Part shown: one piece after another, positions 47,684 through 51,264 of the stretch
Position numbering within the stretch: position 1 is the stretch's first letter
Layout: each line of letters starts with the position of its first letter
Assembly: GCA_035940535.1 (NCBI GenBank)
Contig: DASZEU010000238.1
Location: 1-51,264 of the forward strand
DNA length: 51,264 bases
Direction of reading: 5' to 3'
From: Candidatus Angelobacter sp.
GTDB lineage: Bacteria > Acidobacteriota > Terriglobia > Terriglobales > Acidobacteriaceae
Notes under the pieces: generated by a model
The model's database searches: none
Told to the model about the DNA's origin: nothing
Seen by the model: only the letters and a program-made list of their open reading frames with translations
Made by a program: the position numbers and the translations under genes

Positions 47684-49351
47684 ATGCTCCGGCTTCTTGT
47701 TCTGATCCTTATGGTTTTCATGGCCGCGCAGATTGGCTATGCGCAGGACCGATCCTATGGCCGTTCCATGGTCATCACTGACCGAGGTATTGTGGGTACA
47801 AGTCACTATCTGGCGTCGCAGGCTGGCGCTCAGATACTCGCCAAGGGCGGAAACGCAATGGATGCTGCGATTGCCGCTAATGCCGTCTTGGGTGTTACTG
47901 AACCCATGATGAATGGCATAGGTGGCGACCTCTTCCTCCTGTATTGGGATGCTAAGACCGGCAAGCTTTATGGCCTGAATGCCAGCGGATGGGCGCCACG
48001 CAAGCTTTCCATAGACATTCTGAGCAAGCAAGGCATCACCTCCATGCCCCATGACGGCATCCACACCGTAACCGTGCCTGGGGCTGTAGACGGATGGGCC
48101 AAGGCGCATGAGCGATTCGGCAAAGTACCGTTGAAAGACCTGCTGGCACAAGCCATCTATTACGCCGAGCACGGATATGGGGTTCCAGAGATCATTCATG
48201 ATTATTGGGTAGAAGAAGAAGCCAAGATGCAAAAGACCGAGGAGGCTCGGCGTGTGTTCCTCCCCGGTGGCAAAGCTCCGGAGTTGGGGGCTCGCTTTAC
48301 CAATCCTGATTTAGCCAAGGCCTTGCGTCTGATTGCCGATCAGGGACGGGATGCCTTCTACAAGGGAGAGATTGCCCGCGCCATAGTTCAGACCTCATCC
48401 GCTTTTGGCGGAACCATGCAACTCGATGACTTGGCTGACTTCTCTGCGGAATGGGTCGAGCCTATCTCCATTGACTATCGTGGCTGGAAAGTTTACGAGC
48501 TTCCTCCGAATGTCCAGGGCATGGCGGCTCTGGAAATGCTGACCATCATGAGCAACTTTGAGCCTGATTCAGAAGGCCCTCAAGGAACAGTGGAGCTACA
48601 CAAGAAAATTGAGGCCATGAAGCTGGCCTATGCTGATCTCTATCGCTACAACGCTGACCAGCGATTTGCAAAAGTCCCTGTGAAAGGCTTGCTCTCAAAA
48701 GAATATGGCGCGCAGCGGGCTTCTTTGATCAATCCCGAGAAGGCCAATTGCGATCCTGGCGCCGGACATCCCGTCACTGGTGATACTACGTATCTGGCCG
48801 TAGTTGATAAAGAGGGCAATATTGCTTCTCTTATTCAAAGCAACTACTCCGGTTTTGGGTCGGGTGTGGTTGTAAATGGGATGGGCTTTGCTCTCCAGAA
48901 TCGGGGAGCTCTCTTCGTGCTCGATCCCGCGCACCCCAATGCATTGGCCGGGCGTAAGCGTCCGTTTCACACCATCATTTCTGCCTTCATGGAACATAGA
49001 GATCTCCACATGGGGTTCGGCATCATGGGCGGAGCCAACCAACCCCTGGCCCATGCGCAGTTTGTCTCCAATGTTGTGGACTATGGAATGAACATCCAGG
49101 CCGCTCTGGAGGCGGCGCGGTTCACGGTCGCAGGCAACAAAGTAACTTGCGACATCGTGATCGAGTCCCGGGTGAAGCCCAATGTTTTGCAAGCATTGCG
49201 CGATAAAGGACACAACCTGAAGGTCCGCAAGGAGTACACTGCCCTCATGGGACGCGGACAGGCAGTCATTCACAATTCCAAAACTGGAATGAATTTTGGG
49301 GCGTCGGATCCGCGCGCTGATGGGGCCGCCATTCCCGAGCCCTTACCTTAA
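47684..49351 (+). CDS. ggt: Gamma-glutamyltransferase
   Basis: Signal peptide from ATG 47684 (SD gaggtg). Autoprocessing Thr context GDTTYLAVVD. GGxxQ pocket (MGGANQP). Confidence 0.95.
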   Translation: MLRLLVLILMVFMAAQIGYAQDRSYGRSMVITDRGIVGTSHYLASQAGAQILAKGGNAMDAAIAANAVLGVTEPMMNGIGGDLFLLYWDAKTGKLYGLNASGWAPRKLSIDILSKQGITSMPHDGIHTVTVPGAVDGWAKAHERFGKVPLKDLLAQAIYYAEHGYGVPEIIHDYWVEEEAKMQKTEEARRVFLPGGKAPELGARFTNPDLAKALRLIADQGRDAFYKGEIARAIVQTSSAFGGTMQLDDLADFSAEWVEPISIDYRGWKVYELPPNVQGMAALEMLTIMSNFEPDSEGPQGTVELHKKIEAMKLAYADLYRYNADQRFAKVPVKGLLSKEYGAQRASLINPEKANCDPGAGHPVTGDTTYLAVVDKEGNIASLIQSNYSGFGSGVVVNGMGFALQNRGALFVLDPAHPNALAGRKRPFHTIISAFMEHRDLHMGFGIMGGANQPLAHAQFVSNVVDYGMNIQAALEAARFTVAGNKVTCDIVIESRVKPNVLQALRDKGHNLKVRKEYTALMGRGQAVIHNSKTGMNFGASDPRADGAAIPEPLP

Positions 49352-49514
49352 GAATCCTCGAGATGGGAAGCTGTGCTGCCGATCGTGTGACTGGTAATCG
49401 AAAATCATGCCATGTCACCCCTCATTTTCATGAACAGCGATCATCACTCGGAGTTTGTTTTAGTGCGGTTTCAGAGTTGCTGTGTCCGAAACTGGTGGAA
49501 AAGTAACCCTTTAG

Positions 49515-51264
49515 ATGTCGCTGAGAAAAAAACTTCTGCTGTTGGTCACACTGAGCATCGCCATCAGTGTAGGGACAGTAGCCTGGCTCCTCGAGGCTCG
49601 CACCGGAGAACAGTTTCGGCAGGTGGAGCAAGAGCGCACGGCTACGCTGGTTGCGCAGTTTCGCCATGAGTTTGATCGTGAAGGCACGGAGATCACTCGC
49701 GGCGTGGATGCCATTGCCGGTTCTGAATCCATGTTGCAAATGGGGCTGGAGCTTTCGAGTGGGGTTGATCCAGGCGGCTACCTCAATGCTGCACAGTCCT
49801 ACGCGTCGGCACAGGCACAACATCTGGATTTTCTTGACCTGTTTACGCCGGAGGGCGCCATCATTTCTTCCGCCCATTGGCCGGCGCGTTTTGGCTACAA
49901 ACAACGCTGGTTTCTTGATCAGGGCTCGGCGGTTCCGCAGACCGCATTTTTGAAACAAGTGGAGATGCCCGACGGCAATGTGCTGGGGATTCTGAGCCTG
50001 CGCGCGGTAAAAATCCGTGGCGCAAATTACTATGTTCTCGGTGGACGCAGGCTTGACGCTCCTTTTCTCCAGGCACTCTCGGTTCCTCCGGGCATGAGGG
50101 TGTTGGTTTATAGCTCCCCAGAACAGGGCGCCGGGGGCTTTCTCACCGCTGCCAGTGAAGGACTGGATACGACCAAGCTCCTCCCCCTGGCACAAAAAGC
50201 ACAGGCGAATCGGCAGGAGAGTTCGGCCACCATCGATTGGGGCGACGGTCAGCAGGAACGTTTTGATGCGATCTCGTTGCCGGGCCTGGCCGATCGTCCT
50301 CCGCCAGTGCTTCTGGTTGGTAATTCGTTGCAGCAGCAATTGGCCGTGGAGGAACATATTCGTAACATCGCTCTGCTGATTGCGGTGAGTGGTGTGCTCA
50401 TCGGAGTGATCTTGAGCGGTGTGGTGGCGACACGTATTACTCAACCTGTGAAAGAGCTGGCTACGGCGGCTGCAGAGATTGGCAGCGGTAACTGGGAAGT
50501 CCGCGTGCAGAGCACTTCAGGCGACGAAATTGGAAAGCTGGCCCAAGCCTTCAACCAAATGACCGAAGAACTGGGAGCACAGCAGGAGCGCCTGGTGCAG
50601 AGCGAGCGGGTTGCGGCCTGGCGTGAACTGGCCCGCCGCCTTGCTCATGAATTGAAGAACCCGCTCTTTCCTCTCCAGATCACGGTTGAGAACCTCTTGC
50701 GGGCGCGGGAGGCCAGCCCGGAACAATTTGAAGAGGTGTTTCGCGAAAGCACTTCGACGCTTCTGGCAGAAATCGCCAACCTGAAAATCATTATTGGCCG
50801 CTTCAGTGATTTTTCCAAGATGCCGGCGCCGCAGTTCCAGGTAGTTGACCTGGATGACATGGTGCTGGGCGTGGCGAAGCTTTTTCAAGGGCAGCTCATG
50901 CGCGAGCCATCACCAATCCACACCGATCTGCAATTGGGGAAAATCCCGCCCGTTAAGGCTGATCCGGTACTGTTGCGCCGGGTCATCGAAAACCTCGTCT
51001 TGAACGCGGTGGACGCCATGCCCAAAGGCGGCAAACTAACATTCCGCACTTATGCCGTCGATAAACATGCCCTCCTTGAGCTTTCGGATACGGGCCAAGG
51101 GCTTACGCCAGAAGAATGCGAACGACTTTTTACTCCCTATTACACGACCAAGCAACATGGCACGGGCCTGGGTCTGGCGATCGTCCAATCAGTCATCAGC
51201 GACCACCAGGGACGCATCAGTGTCAGCAGCAAGAAAGATGAGGGCACAACATTCCGTATCGAAT
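49515..51264 (+). CDS. Sensor histidine kinase (periplasmic domain + HAMP + HisKA + HATPase), 3'-truncated by the window end
   Basis: Missing from the ORF track because it has no stop codon. MSLRKKLLLLVTLSIAISVG... HAMP (PVKELATAAAEIGSGNW...LAQAFNQM). H-box LAHELKNPL. G-boxes DTGQGL and GTGLGLAI. Open to position 51264. Confidence 0.9.
   Translation, partial: MSLRKKLLLLVTLSIAISVGTVAWLLEARTGEQFRQVEQERTATLVAQFRHEFDREGTEITRGVDAIAGSESMLQMGLELSSGVDPGGYLNAAQSYASAQAQHLDFLDLFTPEGAIISSAHWPARFGYKQRWFLDQGSAVPQTAFLKQVEMPDGNVLGILSLRAVKIRGANYYVLGGRRLDAPFLQALSVPPGMRVLVYSSPEQGAGGFLTAASEGLDTTKLLPLAQKAQANRQESSATIDWGDGQQERFDAISLPGLADRPPPVLLVGNSLQQQLAVEEHIRNIALLIAVSGVLIGVILSGVVATRITQPVKELATAAAEIGSGNWEVRVQSTSGDEIGKLAQAFNQMTEELGAQQERLVQSERVAAWRELARRLAHELKNPLFPLQITVENLLRAREASPEQFEEVFRESTSTLLAEIANLKIIIGRFSDFSKMPAPQFQVVDLDDMVLGVAKLFQGQLMREPSPIHTDLQLGKIPPVKADPVLLRRVIENLVLNAVDAMPKGGKLTFRTYAVDKHALLELSDTGQGLTPEECERLFTPYYTTKQHGTGLGLAIVQSVISDHQGRISVSSKKDEGTTFRIE

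Noticed and set aside
49428-50444. 338-aa minus-strand ORF
   Set aside because: It is antisense to the plus-strand HAMP/HisKA/HATPase kinase. That kinase is missing from the track only because it runs off the window end.

Overview
This 51.3-kb window is a chromosomal segment of about 55-60% G+C, gene-dense and mostly housekeeping. Gene content and the intergenic repeat style suggest Acidobacteriota, but that is inference only. I found no rRNA, tRNA, CRISPR array, transposase or integrase. Recognisable content: two sigma-54-type two-component pairs at the window edges (the 3' kinase is truncated and missing from the ORF track); arsR-arsM; thiC; a variant System I cytochrome c maturation cluster ccmE-A-B-C; relBE; mutM; an HspR-controlled dnaK...dnaJ-GNAT-hspR string; glmS-purS; a LiaF-like/LytS/LytTR cluster; pilT; leuABCD with a divergent LysR regulator; a JAMM peptidase with a MoeZ-like E1 enzyme; an S41 peptidase; and ggt. 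The most interesting items are two accessory-looking genes whose domains belong to the nucleoside-2-deoxyribosyltransferase/TIR-like class. One is a macro-like + NDT/TIR-like fusion (32788-33789). The other is a DUF4062 + CBS-pair-like protein directly downstream of relBE (11754-13435). Also notable: CcmE with CxxxY in place of HxxxY; a CcmC-CcmD fusion; ccmA with no canonical start codon; a HAIR operator embedded in a near-consensus dnaK promoter; a mutually exclusive hairpin pair at the start codon of a kinase operon; a duplicated dnaJ 5' end; an ~860-bp non-coding gap with a very AT-rich core next to a small Arg/Gly-rich protein; and several intergenic repeat families built from 9-10-bp units, two of them long palindromes between convergent genes. 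All domain calls come from reading the translations by eye. No database search was run.
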